From: a virus
Strand: one strand, 5' to 3'
Length of the DNA: 42,430 nt
Virus record (IMG/VR): IMGVR_UViG_3300031578_000123
Span: 1-42,430 of that record
The translations under genes were made by a program, and so were the position numbers. Positions within the stretch are counted from its first letter, which is position 1. Each line of letters begins with the position of its first letter. The notes beneath the pieces are model-generated. The model was not told the DNA's origin and did not search any database. It saw only the letters and a program-made list of their open reading frames with translations. This document shows, piece by piece, positions 32,701-40,538 of this stretch.

Positions 32701-35396
32701 TTGGTCACCAGAGCATTGCTCCATTCCTTGACGAGGGTGAAAAGCAAGCTGGGAGGTTGTTAAACTTTATAAAGAAGAATTCAAAGGTATTGACTCCCGC
32801 ACAGGTAACAGAGCTTAACAAAACCCTTAACATATACACAGCCAGGATAGCAGCTTTGCAGGACACCAGGCGTTTAGCTATGGCTAGGAGCCAAGAACTT
32901 ATAGCTCAGGGTTTTGGTCCTGGTAGTGATAAGTTTGTGGCTGAAAGGAATGAAATTTGGATGAAGCACCTTAATGAGGTGGACCCTGAGTTATTTGCCA
33001 CACAGGAAATGCTGGCTGAGGGTATAGATACCTTAATAACACCTAGGAACATACCAAAACCCACCATAAATGCCTCAGTTAGAGGATTAACTCCAGCCGA
33101 TGTAGCTGCATTGCATTATGGCACAGGAGACCAACTAGCCTTTGGTTTAATGAATTCCGAAATGCTGATGCAAAAACCATACTACATGAAACTGACCATA
33201 GCCAGAGCTAATGCTATGGCAGCAAGAGCCAATACCACCCGTGAAGCCTTGGGATTTACCGATGATGCCATATCCCAAGTTTATGACCAGATACTTTATA
33301 GTCTGAGGTCTAGTCCAGAATTCCACAATATGCTTACCAGACCCTATGCTGAGGTGGATAACTTTGCCAGAGATTTGGAATCCATCAAATTAGCTGGTGG
33401 CACCAGTCCTGATGCCATGAAAGCAATGCAGGATTATGCTACCACATATGCTAACAACCTGAGGAAATTGGACATATACAAACCTTATGTTCCACCAGCT
33501 AAACCCCCAAAGAAACCAGCAGTCAAACTTCCTGGTGAAGGCTCCGAAGATTGGTGGCGTATTAAACAGGAAGCTATGGATAAAACAATGATTTCCTATC
33601 ACCAAGACTTCACCGACTATTCCAACATGAACGCTTTGGATGATGCTATGAGACACGTATTTCCATACTGGGTATATGAATCCCAGCGGTGGTTCTGGCT
33701 TGCTAGGAACATGGTAACCCATCCAGGAATTATGAACACTTGGGCTAAATACATGGATAACACGGACTTTGGTTACATCCATATGCCAGGTACTTCCCTA
33801 GATGCCAATGTCCTCAGAGGTACTGTTTACAAAGGTGGCATGAGTACCCTTGTCCGCAGGGACTATCCAGAATACTATGATAGGATGTTCCCTGAATTAT
33901 TTGAATCAATGGATTATGCCCAAAGACTAGGATTCTTCCCCAATATATTCTGGAGTATTCCAGTATCTATGTATGGTGGCAGACAACCACAGTTTGGACA
34001 GTTACTTCCTGCTGTGGCTAGAACTCCATTGGACTTATATGTTGCCTCCAACCCTGATTCCGAATCTGCTAGAGCATTGCAGGATATACTATTCCCTGAT
34101 TACTTTAGGCAGTATCTCCAAATAACCCAAGCCTCCCATATGGCTAGTGTTGGACAAATCCAAAGAGGCATTAACGGTGTGTATATCTGGGAAAAGATGC
34201 AGCGTAGTGAGGAACTTACCTTAGAAGAACAGGAACTATGGGATGCTGCTAGAGGTAAAGTAGCTTCCTATGCTCCACTAATGGAACACGGTGGCATATA
34301 CCGCCTAAGACATGAGGACAGAATAGCAGCCTATGATTGGTGGGGTAAATTCATTGAGGAGAAAACCGGTGTGTCTGTGGAAATGCAAGATGACCTGAGA
34401 AAGCACGGTATGTCCGTAGGTGATGTCTGTCCTGGGTTATCACAGTTGGATATGGCACAGATAGAGGAAGCATTGGAGTACAAAAGATGGATTGCACCTA
34501 GAGCAACTGCACCACTAAGACCTAGTAATGAGATTGAGGTTAACCTAATCCTATCAGAGTTTTGGGGTATGGTAAGGCAACATGGGGATACCTCAGAAAG
34601 TTCCATAAAGGAACTGGAGAGACAAGCCTTTGTTGAGAGGAGTATCTCCGCTGAGGATTATGTTACCAGGGTTGGAGATATTATGGAGGAAAATGCTAAG
34701 TATATCCACCAGCTCAGAGGTGATAAGTTTGACCACACCACAGGGGAGTGGGAAGCCAATCCTCAGAGTAAGAGTAAATTCAAGATTGTCCCTGTAACCC
34801 TTGATGAAAGGTCAGCCTTTTATACCGAAAGGGGAGTTAATCTGTCCATGTCCACCCTAGATGAAATGCTGGCTATGTGGTATGATATATCCCCGCAGGA
34901 GAAGATAGACCCTGAGACTGGTACTAGATACATGGATTGGGGAACCTACTTTGCCACTATGGATGCTATTGAGAAATTGCTTCCTACCAGCCTAAAAGCC
35001 GAATGGCAATCCTATATGTCTAGGAATAATACTCCAGGCTGGCTCATGTATAGAAATGCTACCAAGCAATATCTAGCTCCGTATTGGAATGTAACCAATG
35101 TCATTAAGGACCAATTCACCCCAGATGAACAGTCCCTAATAGATGAGTATTACATGGTTAAAGATATTGACCCAGCCAGAGCCGAGGAGATTCAGGACAT
35201 GACCAGACCCAATGGACTAAAGCTTATATCCCAATATAGGTCTGCTCTTACCAATGCCAGGAAGAAGCTAAGAATGACTGTTCCAATGGTAGATGCCCAA
35301 CTTATGTTTTGGGGTAGGACTTCTACATTTCTTACTCCAGAGGCAGAGAGGATGTATAACCAATTAGTACAGGAAGCTAAGGGGTTCCCTCAGTGA
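29715..35396 (+). CDS. Giant protein (1,893 aa) of unknown function; candidate internal virion/ejection protein
   Basis: Uninterrupted 5.7-kb ORF between portal and scaffold; no catalytic motif recognised by eye. Confidence 0.8.
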   Translation: MPNGFAEELRKWNEQLQGSITRLTSVESEVAGLRKKTEKPLPWWQRLIFWTPPSQWQTVSKLAGEQIPSPATPEFWAKRPIEEKLQEELVAIDDYNRAAWFSVLYSVSPDDLRKLGITSFEDWVEKHPPEAGTSTTDLTRAKEYIDTILSVAEPTKPTIATEEMIAEGFLTEPLETRPRFKGIHITTVEEMTKWLRKEVPPVERPPGLTEGGLLGYLKEERGLSDEELAYIDESVSPFIQMVEEYEEGREQTARYKAGLETPEMPELSIGQKIKLIASQPILALIDTMQPYWTYWDYPRSAILARLSHRIEETLSFPITMPGAKPTPEEEGLLDELDTLYEANREAGMDYWMAHSKAWQDWELNHWAKMGIEIISDPVSYLGFGLLMKAGKATKGIPVIGRIMGGLGSFERGFIAVTEALPTFIKSKIIKLPKTTGQRAALAGAEVSDTIISVHGKNASGLGKTLKQITPDDFVKLNEESIARAVAHPDVVDPLTQLGWSYIKRTPMTHNELLEWGAKVTSKLGPDDVTPGMVDNIERILEHAKVKGSRFPVNNLDLAAKEILLGTLNVADSPSNMKVIKSLIRKAYKTSIDEALETARLPITQSIKTASLKAENIVWSEATEKLFFKRMHQGYVAGIMHEVLDPLETQVWRGFIDKQIVMPFARAYLITGSYAPWNWFEEVFRTVLGRGGGVYGKNAPARLENLAMGLMLDRDVLRGAELAKMSYTNILKKRLLKPGAPVGMGEISEAALLKETAEAVGKPALEKLLLLGWLPGGKGRAVHEAMYFPIRASQWAGGMQRAGYVAKKFFDNLDDIAPDTMAALRGAKPSKPPSVIGQPRKAQKAFLQRCDDNAFIGPTKTENTPREFSMKNTSLAEGYSASLKYPELGDTRDFILSHIETDNWDNVLAVTGEAKTMMADNLINSPEGSRIFLKNITDDILKNAEKVTTPDELMGYVDALREITGINPKTIQKLFVGLHDKASKLPSKAARVEMYNVGHQSIAPFLDEGEKQAGRLLNFIKKNSKVLTPAQVTELNKTLNIYTARIAALQDTRRLAMARSQELIAQGFGPGSDKFVAERNEIWMKHLNEVDPELFATQEMLAEGIDTLITPRNIPKPTINASVRGLTPADVAALHYGTGDQLAFGLMNSEMLMQKPYYMKLTIARANAMAARANTTREALGFTDDAISQVYDQILYSLRSSPEFHNMLTRPYAEVDNFARDLESIKLAGGTSPDAMKAMQDYATTYANNLRKLDIYKPYVPPAKPPKKPAVKLPGEGSEDWWRIKQEAMDKTMISYHQDFTDYSNMNALDDAMRHVFPYWVYESQRWFWLARNMVTHPGIMNTWAKYMDNTDFGYIHMPGTSLDANVLRGTVYKGGMSTLVRRDYPEYYDRMFPELFESMDYAQRLGFFPNIFWSIPVSMYGGRQPQFGQLLPAVARTPLDLYVASNPDSESARALQDILFPDYFRQYLQITQASHMASVGQIQRGINGVYIWEKMQRSEELTLEEQELWDAARGKVASYAPLMEHGGIYRLRHEDRIAAYDWWGKFIEEKTGVSVEMQDDLRKHGMSVGDVCPGLSQLDMAQIEEALEYKRWIAPRATAPLRPSNEIEVNLILSEFWGMVRQHGDTSESSIKELERQAFVERSISAEDYVTRVGDIMEENAKYIHQLRGDKFDHTTGEWEANPQSKSKFKIVPVTLDERSAFYTERGVNLSMSTLDEMLAMWYDISPQEKIDPETGTRYMDWGTYFATMDAIEKLLPTSLKAEWQSYMSRNNTPGWLMYRNATKQYLAPYWNVTNVIKDQFTPDEQSLIDEYYMVKDIDPARAEEIQDMTRPNGLKLISQYRSALTNARKKLRMTVPMVDAQLMFWGRTSTFLTPEAERMYNQLVQEAKGFPQ

Positions 35397-35434
35397 ATTA
35401 AATATACACACTGATTTAATTATGTTAGTTTAGC

Positions 35435-35458
35435 TTGACATAATGATATTGACATAAA
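35435..35458 (+). repeat. Decamer pair TTGACATAAT (35435) and TTGACATAAA (35449)
   Basis: Direct reading. Confidence 0.9.
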
Positions 35459-35478
35459 GCTACTAGCTATGATACAAT
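35449..35478 (+). promoter_or_regulatory. Promoter TTGACA-N18-TACAAT with TGn (capsid cassette)
   Basis: TTGACATAAAGCTACTAGCTATGATACAAT, 34 nt upstream of the scaffold ATG. Confidence 0.7.
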
Positions 35479-35511
35479 TAGGTATAGTAAACCAGAATAG
35501 GAGGTTTAATC

Positions 35512-36045
35512 ATGGCTGATGAACAAGGGACTCAGACATCTAACCCACCAGAAGGACCAAAGATGGTTCCAGAGAAAGACCTTTTGGCGGTAAAGGTGGG
35601 TGCAGAAAGGAAGGAAGCTGAGTTGCTTACCCAGGTAGCTGAGGCTAACAGGGTTAAGGAAGAAACTCACAACAACCTTCTTGCTATGCAGGCTGCCAAG
35701 GAGCAGCTTGAGACACAGCTTAGTGAGGGTACTGCCACCAAAGCACAGGTAGATGACCTTCAAGCCAAACTAAAAACTGCCGAGGTATCGGTAAGTGGCT
35801 TAACCAATAAGCTACTTGACCAAAAGAGAGCCATCATTGCATCTTATGGTGTAGATGTCAGCACTCTTGTTGGTAAGACCCAGGAACAACTGGATGTTTG
35901 GGAGGAAGCCCTGAAAGCAACAGGGCAGAAACCCATACCAGCCAGATTAGATGTTGGTGGAGGTGGTGGAGGAATTGCTGCTCCTGCAACTGCATTGGAA
36001 TCAGCCGTTGCGGAGATAGCAGGAATCCGAGGTAAAATGAAATAA
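35512..36045 (+). CDS. Scaffolding protein candidate
   Basis: 177 aa, helical and charged (LAMQAAKEQLETQL...), immediately upstream of the major capsid gene. Confidence 0.65.
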   Translation: MADEQGTQTSNPPEGPKMVPEKDLLAVKVGAERKEAELLTQVAEANRVKEETHNNLLAMQAAKEQLETQLSEGTATKAQVDDLQAKLKTAEVSVSGLTNKLLDQKRAIIASYGVDVSTLVGKTQEQLDVWEEALKATGQKPIPARLDVGGGGGGIAAPATALESAVAEIAGIRGKMK

Positions 36046-36058
36046 GGAGGAATAAATT

Positions 36059-37072
36059 ATGGGAGCTGTTGTTGGACACTGGAAAAATTTAACCGAAGCT
36101 CAAAGATTGACTGAATCCCAGTTGCTTCCTGGTGTTGTTGAGGAAATCATCAAGCGGGAAAACTTGCTGGAGCGTGTTCCTGTGGCTCTTGCTCAGGGAA
36201 AGTCCATAAAGTGGAACCGAGAAAAGGTAACCTTGGAGGCTGATGTCCAGAATCTGGATATTGGTCAACAGATGTCCTGGGTTTCCAGTATGGAATATGA
36301 CCCTCAGGAGACCACTTTGGTGAGGAAAGGTATGCAGAGACTCTTGGATAACTTCATAGTTGATGTCTATGGAACCGTCCAGAACTACGAGGCTCAGGCT
36401 TTGCTTGAAATCAAGAAAGGTGTTACCTTAGCATTGGGTGATAACCTAATCTATGATGACCCTGCTGCTGATGCCAAGCAGTTTGTTGGTCTGCATGACC
36501 TGGCCTATCTCCAGACTGGAACTGACTTGGATATTGACATGGCTGGTGCTCTGGAGCTTAATAGGCTAAGGATGCAGATTGATGCCATGAAGCATGGTGT
36601 GGACATTATCTATATGCCTATGGTCATTGCCCGAAGGATGGATGCAGCCTACCAAGAGAGAGGCTTTGCAAGTCTAGGTACTGCCTCTAGCTCTTTTGCC
36701 ATGATTAGTTATGGACTTAACGAAATGGGCAAGAGGATAATGTTCTTTGATGGGATTCCTATTATAAGGACTGATTTCCTGGTGAAGGAAGATGATGGTA
36801 GTAATGCCCCTAGAACCAAGAACACGGCGGGTGCTGCATACTCAATCTTTATGATAAAGTTTGGTGATGTGTTTGCAGGTAATCCTGGTCTCTGTATGGG
36901 ATTTGGAGACCCTGAGATGGGGAGCCAGCTTTACAGGATTGAGTTGTTTGACAAGCTGGAGAACTATGATGCCAAAGGGATTAGATTAGTCTCATATGTA
37001 GCACCGTTGCTAGGTAGTAAACTTTGTTTAGGCAGGATTTACGATGTAACGGATGCTCCGATTGCTGCCTAG
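36059..37072 (+). CDS. Major capsid protein (HK97-fold type, by position and pattern)
   Basis: 337 aa after the scaffold gene; AAGGAGGAATAAATT RBS; sequence pattern resembles HK97-like capsid proteins (unverified). Confidence 0.75.
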   Translation: MGAVVGHWKNLTEAQRLTESQLLPGVVEEIIKRENLLERVPVALAQGKSIKWNREKVTLEADVQNLDIGQQMSWVSSMEYDPQETTLVRKGMQRLLDNFIVDVYGTVQNYEAQALLEIKKGVTLALGDNLIYDDPAADAKQFVGLHDLAYLQTGTDLDIDMAGALELNRLRMQIDAMKHGVDIIYMPMVIARRMDAAYQERGFASLGTASSSFAMISYGLNEMGKRIMFFDGIPIIRTDFLVKEDDGSNAPRTKNTAGAAYSIFMIKFGDVFAGNPGLCMGFGDPEMGSQLYRIELFDKLENYDAKGIRLVSYVAPLLGSKLCLGRIYDVTDAPIAA

Positions 37073-37100
37073 ATAAAATAAGGAAGAAGGAGGATAAGAG

Positions 37101-37946
37101 ATGACTACATATATAAAACATGATGTAAGGGTTGAGGATGGTGGAATAATTTGCCTACCGCCTTGGGTTGGTGGTGAAGTGGAAACTGGCTGTGTTGCTA
37201 GGCCAGACCTAGACGATATGTATGGTGCCGTTCTTGATACCGTCCAGCAGTATCCTCTAGGTGCCAAGTTTGAGCTTGGTGATAGGGTATTCCGCTATGT
37301 AAAGTTTGGTGATGATGATGCGGGTCAAGTTTGGGGAGCTGGAGAAGGTCAGCTTCCCGAATGCGGTATCCTGATGAGTGCCACCGCCTTGGAGGTCAGC
37401 ACAACCATTGTCTCAGGAGCATTGGCTTCAAAGACGGTTGTTATAACTGAGTCAGATGTTTCGGAAAATGACTTTGCTGGTGGTTACTTCTGTGTTCAAG
37501 CTGGTAGTAAAATCTTCATGTCCCACATTGAAAGTAATACTGCTACCGTTGGTGGTAATGTCACCTTGACATTGCAGACCAAACTACCAATAGTTCTCTC
37601 CGCAAGCTACACAGCCTCCATTACCAAGTGCATTTGGAAGGATGTTGTAAGGCATAGTGGTGCTGCTGCTGAATGTGGAAGTGCAGTGCTTGGAGTCTAC
37701 CAGGGCTATGAGCCTCCCGCATCAGAAGGTTTGTATGGCTGGATTCAGACCTGGGGACCTGCTGTTGTACAGATAAGTGTAACCCACCAAGGTGATGCAC
37801 ATGCTGAAAGGATGCTGTGGGCAGATAATGGTGCTGCTCAGTGTGAGGTTGGTTATACCGCTAAACAGCCTATTGGGTGGTACTTACAGGAATATGACGC
37901 AAGTACCTTTAGCTTGCCAGTAGTATTCCTGATGTTATCCCATTAA
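37101..37946 (+). CDS. Head-associated structural protein (decoration/auxiliary capsid candidate)
   Basis: 281-aa ORF with AGGAGGATAAGAG RBS, last gene before the G7/C7 hairpin. Confidence 0.6.
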   Translation: MTTYIKHDVRVEDGGIICLPPWVGGEVETGCVARPDLDDMYGAVLDTVQQYPLGAKFELGDRVFRYVKFGDDDAGQVWGAGEGQLPECGILMSATALEVSTTIVSGALASKTVVITESDVSENDFAGGYFCVQAGSKIFMSHIESNTATVGGNVTLTLQTKLPIVLSASYTASITKCIWKDVVRHSGAAAECGSAVLGVYQGYEPPASEGLYGWIQTWGPAVVQISVTHQGDAHAERMLWADNGAAQCEVGYTAKQPIGWYLQEYDASTFSLPVVFLMLSH

Positions 37947-37956
37947 GTAGATGGCA

Positions 37957-37980
37957 GGGGGGGAGCCTTAAATCCCCCCC
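37957..37980 (+). terminator. Strong G/C hairpin GGGGGGGA-N8-TCCCCCCC (terminator or RNA-stabilising element; no U-tract)
   Basis: Direct reading, 11 nt after the stop codon. Confidence 0.45.
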
Positions 37981-38009
37981 AATAAATCATAGAGGAGGAA
38001 ATTAGGACT

Positions 38010-38312
38010 ATGATATACGTGGTCAAAGGTAGAGAGACTGTGACAGGTCTTTCAGCGTCAAAAGGATTCACTGCCATACAGATACCACCTACCACTACCA
38101 AACTTAATGTAATCTATGCCATTGCCCAACCAGTCGATGGTGACATCAGAATGTGCATGGATGGGACTGTTCCCACATCCACCAGAGGTATCAAGATAAA
38201 TGAGGATACCATCTTTGAGGTTTGGGGTTCAGCAGCCCTAATAGCTTTCCGTTGTATCAATGATGGTGGCACCGCCAAACTGGAAGTAATCTACATGGGG
38301 CAGGGAGGTTAG
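38010..38312 (+). CDS. Hypothetical structural protein
   Basis: 100-aa ORF with GAGGAGGAAATTAGGACT RBS. Confidence 0.6.
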   Translation: MIYVVKGRETVTGLSASKGFTAIQIPPTTTKLNVIYAIAQPVDGDIRMCMDGTVPTSTRGIKINEDTIFEVWGSAALIAFRCINDGGTAKLEVIYMGQGG

Positions 38313-38314
38313 AG

Positions 38315-38776
38315 ATGTTAAAAAATGTTAGGGGACAAACAAGTGTTGACCTTTCTGGCATTGAGGATGTACTTGATACCATTGAAACCAGGACAGACTT
38401 CCTAGACATAACAACCTTTAGCCAGGAAGCCGTAGCTGCAATGGATGTCAATGGCGTAACCTGGAAAGACCTTCTTGATAAATCCACCATAACCAAACCC
38501 ACAAAGATATGTGGCTTTAAGTTAACCACAGCAGGAACTTGGGCTGGTGTTGCCAAAATCCGAATCACTGATGGTGCTGGCACAAAGATATTCCCATTCG
38601 GTGATGAGCTAGTCCAGGATGCAGATTGGACAAGCGGCACCCAGGAGACACTTAACTTCCCAATTTGGGTTCCCATTGCCGATGGGTATAAGGTCCAATT
38701 CCGAAGCTCTGAGGCAGCAGATGGTGAGAATGAGACCTTGCAGCTAAATAACCTTGATATAATAGAGGTAGGATAG
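38315..38776 (+). CDS. Hypothetical structural protein
   Basis: 153-aa ORF with GGGAGG RBS. Confidence 0.6.
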   Translation: MLKNVRGQTSVDLSGIEDVLDTIETRTDFLDITTFSQEAVAAMDVNGVTWKDLLDKSTITKPTKICGFKLTTAGTWAGVAKIRITDGAGTKIFPFGDELVQDADWTSGTQETLNFPIWVPIADGYKVQFRSSEAADGENETLQLNNLDIIEVG

Positions 38777-38786
38777 GAGGTAAATA

Positions 38787-39221
38787 ATGAATGCTTCCAT
38801 AAAAGCAAGAGAATATGAGTTTAGCATTGGCGGTGTAAACTTCAATGGTCATGCCAAAATAAAGACACTGACACTTGACACCAATGCCTACAATGACCAT
38901 GCTTACACACTACATGATGCTAGTGATGGTGAGGATTACCAAGTACCTGTTGGTAAGGTGTTTATATCCTTCCAAGCTTTGGTTTGGCTAGAGCAAATTG
39001 CAATGGTGGGTAGGATAGGTGAATCTACTGAAGCAGATGGAGTCATTGATGACACTGGAGAGGTTCTTAAACTTGCTAATGGCACACTGCTACCATTTAT
39101 GGTAAATTGTGTTGGTGTTTTTAGTGCTGGTAAATACATTACGGCTGAATCGGATAGTGGTAATGACAACTACACCATAAAGTCGGGTAGTGTTCTGTAT
39201 GGTATTGAGACAGATGCGTAG
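38787..39221 (+). CDS. Tail/fibre-associated protein, short paralog
   Basis: Shares EYEFSIGG.NFN, (V/N)(G/D)KVFI.F and L(Y/L)GIE..A termini with 39233..40084. Confidence 0.65.
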   Translation: MNASIKAREYEFSIGGVNFNGHAKIKTLTLDTNAYNDHAYTLHDASDGEDYQVPVGKVFISFQALVWLEQIAMVGRIGESTEADGVIDDTGEVLKLANGTLLPFMVNCVGVFSAGKYITAESDSGNDNYTIKSGSVLYGIETDA

Positions 39222-39232
39222 AGGAGTTAAGT

Positions 39233-40084
39233 TTGAAAACTTATGAGTTTAGCATAGGTGGATACAACTTCAATGATTGGAGTAGGGTGAAAGAACTCTA
39301 TGTCCCTGAGGACATAAGCAACAGCACCGATAAGTCTCTCCATGTGAGAGGACGGGAAGCTCTACCACACCATCTACAACACTATGTAATCCCGAATGAT
39401 AAGGTATTTATAGCCTTCGCCTTAACCAATGTCTTGCTTTCAGCTAACACTGGTATAGGCTTGTTTGGTACGGGCAAAGGTTTTGGAAGGTATCCTGAAA
39501 GCCATCAGCAGCCTGGAGATGATAACCCTGGTGCTCCTTTTGCTTGGTCTCCAACATATTTCTATTTAGGAAACTACTATTGTGGAGGAACTTGGGGAAG
39601 TCTTGTAATACACAATGGTAGAATTTATGAGTGCTGTCAAACCCATGCTCCTAGTGCAGATAAAGAACCTTCACCAGCAGGTGATACTGCTTACTGGTTA
39701 AAAGGAAGTGAGTGGAATGTGGATTGGGAAGTTGGTAAGTTCTATTTCTTCAATGAGCTTGAAATGGTTACTGTGGAGGGTGTAGCTGGAGCTTATATGT
39801 GTATGGTAGACCATACCTCAGAAGCCAGCAACAAGCCTTGTGATGATGACTGGGATGACATTTGGAATCCTGGAGATGAGTTCACAGCTGATTTAACATC
39901 CCAGTATGGGTTTAGTAAGAAGTGCCTTAACATCTCCAAAGGCATAACCAAGCCTTTTGATGCGGAGGTTTTGGCTGTGTTTGATGGCACTACTAGCACC
40001 TATGGGAGGCGGATTGATGCCATGACCAGTGGTGGTACTATGAAAGCTGGTGCTACTTTATTGGGTATTGAGATAAATGCTTAG
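39233..40084 (+). CDS. Tail/fibre-associated protein, long paralog with ~140-aa Cys/Trp/Tyr-rich insertion (TTG start)
   Basis: GAGGAG RBS 6 nt before the TTG. The insertion has two segments resembling CBM5/12-type carbohydrate-binding repeats (by eye). Confidence 0.6.
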   Translation: MKTYEFSIGGYNFNDWSRVKELYVPEDISNSTDKSLHVRGREALPHHLQHYVIPNDKVFIAFALTNVLLSANTGIGLFGTGKGFGRYPESHQQPGDDNPGAPFAWSPTYFYLGNYYCGGTWGSLVIHNGRIYECCQTHAPSADKEPSPAGDTAYWLKGSEWNVDWEVGKFYFFNELEMVTVEGVAGAYMCMVDHTSEASNKPCDDDWDDIWNPGDEFTADLTSQYGFSKKCLNISKGITKPFDAEVLAVFDGTTSTYGRRIDAMTSGGTMKAGATLLGIEINA

Positions 40085-40092
40085 GAGGTATC

Positions 40093-40305
40093 ATGGCGGA
40101 ACAGAAGTTAGAAGTAATCATAAAATGGGAGAATGACAACTACTTTGAGATAACAGCTAAGAAGAATGGTGGGGAGAAATTCACCATAATCAGGAATGAT
40201 GAAAATGCACATCTGTTGGACATGTGGTCTGGTGTGCAGAAAGCATCACTTCAATATTTTAGGGCTGTGCTTGAGGACATCAAAGTAGATATGTCGGCAG
40301 AATAA
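40093..40305 (+). CDS. Hypothetical protein
   Basis: 70-aa ORF with TAGGAGGTATC RBS. Confidence 0.6.
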   Translation: MAEQKLEVIIKWENDNYFEITAKKNGGEKFTIIRNDENAHLLDMWSGVQKASLQYFRAVLEDIKVDMSAE

Positions 40306-40315
40306 GGAGGATATT

Positions 40316-40531
40316 ATGCCGTTACCAGTACAATCGTTAAATCCAAATTCCAGCCCTGATGATATTAAAAGAGCCATTGCTAGGAGCATTGAGCAATGTG
40401 AGGAGGAAGGTAAGTCGAAAGACCAGTGTATCGCCATTGCTTATAGGTATGCGGAGAAAGCTACTGGCAAAGCTACCTCATCTTTGGCTTCTCCAGGGAT
40501 GGAATACGGTGAACCTAGTAATATAGCTTAG
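40316..40531 (+). CDS. Hypothetical protein
   Basis: 71-aa ORF with AAGGAGGATATT RBS. Confidence 0.6.
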   Translation: MPLPVQSLNPNSSPDDIKRAIARSIEQCEEEGKSKDQCIAIAYRYAEKATGKATSSLASPGMEYGEPSNIA

Positions 40532-40538
40532 AGGTAAC

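Noticed and set aside
29715-35396. The giant ORF as a virion-packaged RNA polymerase (N4 or crAss-like)
   Set aside because: No DxDGD/two-barrel or T7-like polymerase motifs were found by eye, and all mapped promoters look like host sigma-A type. This is a weak rejection and needs structure-based search.
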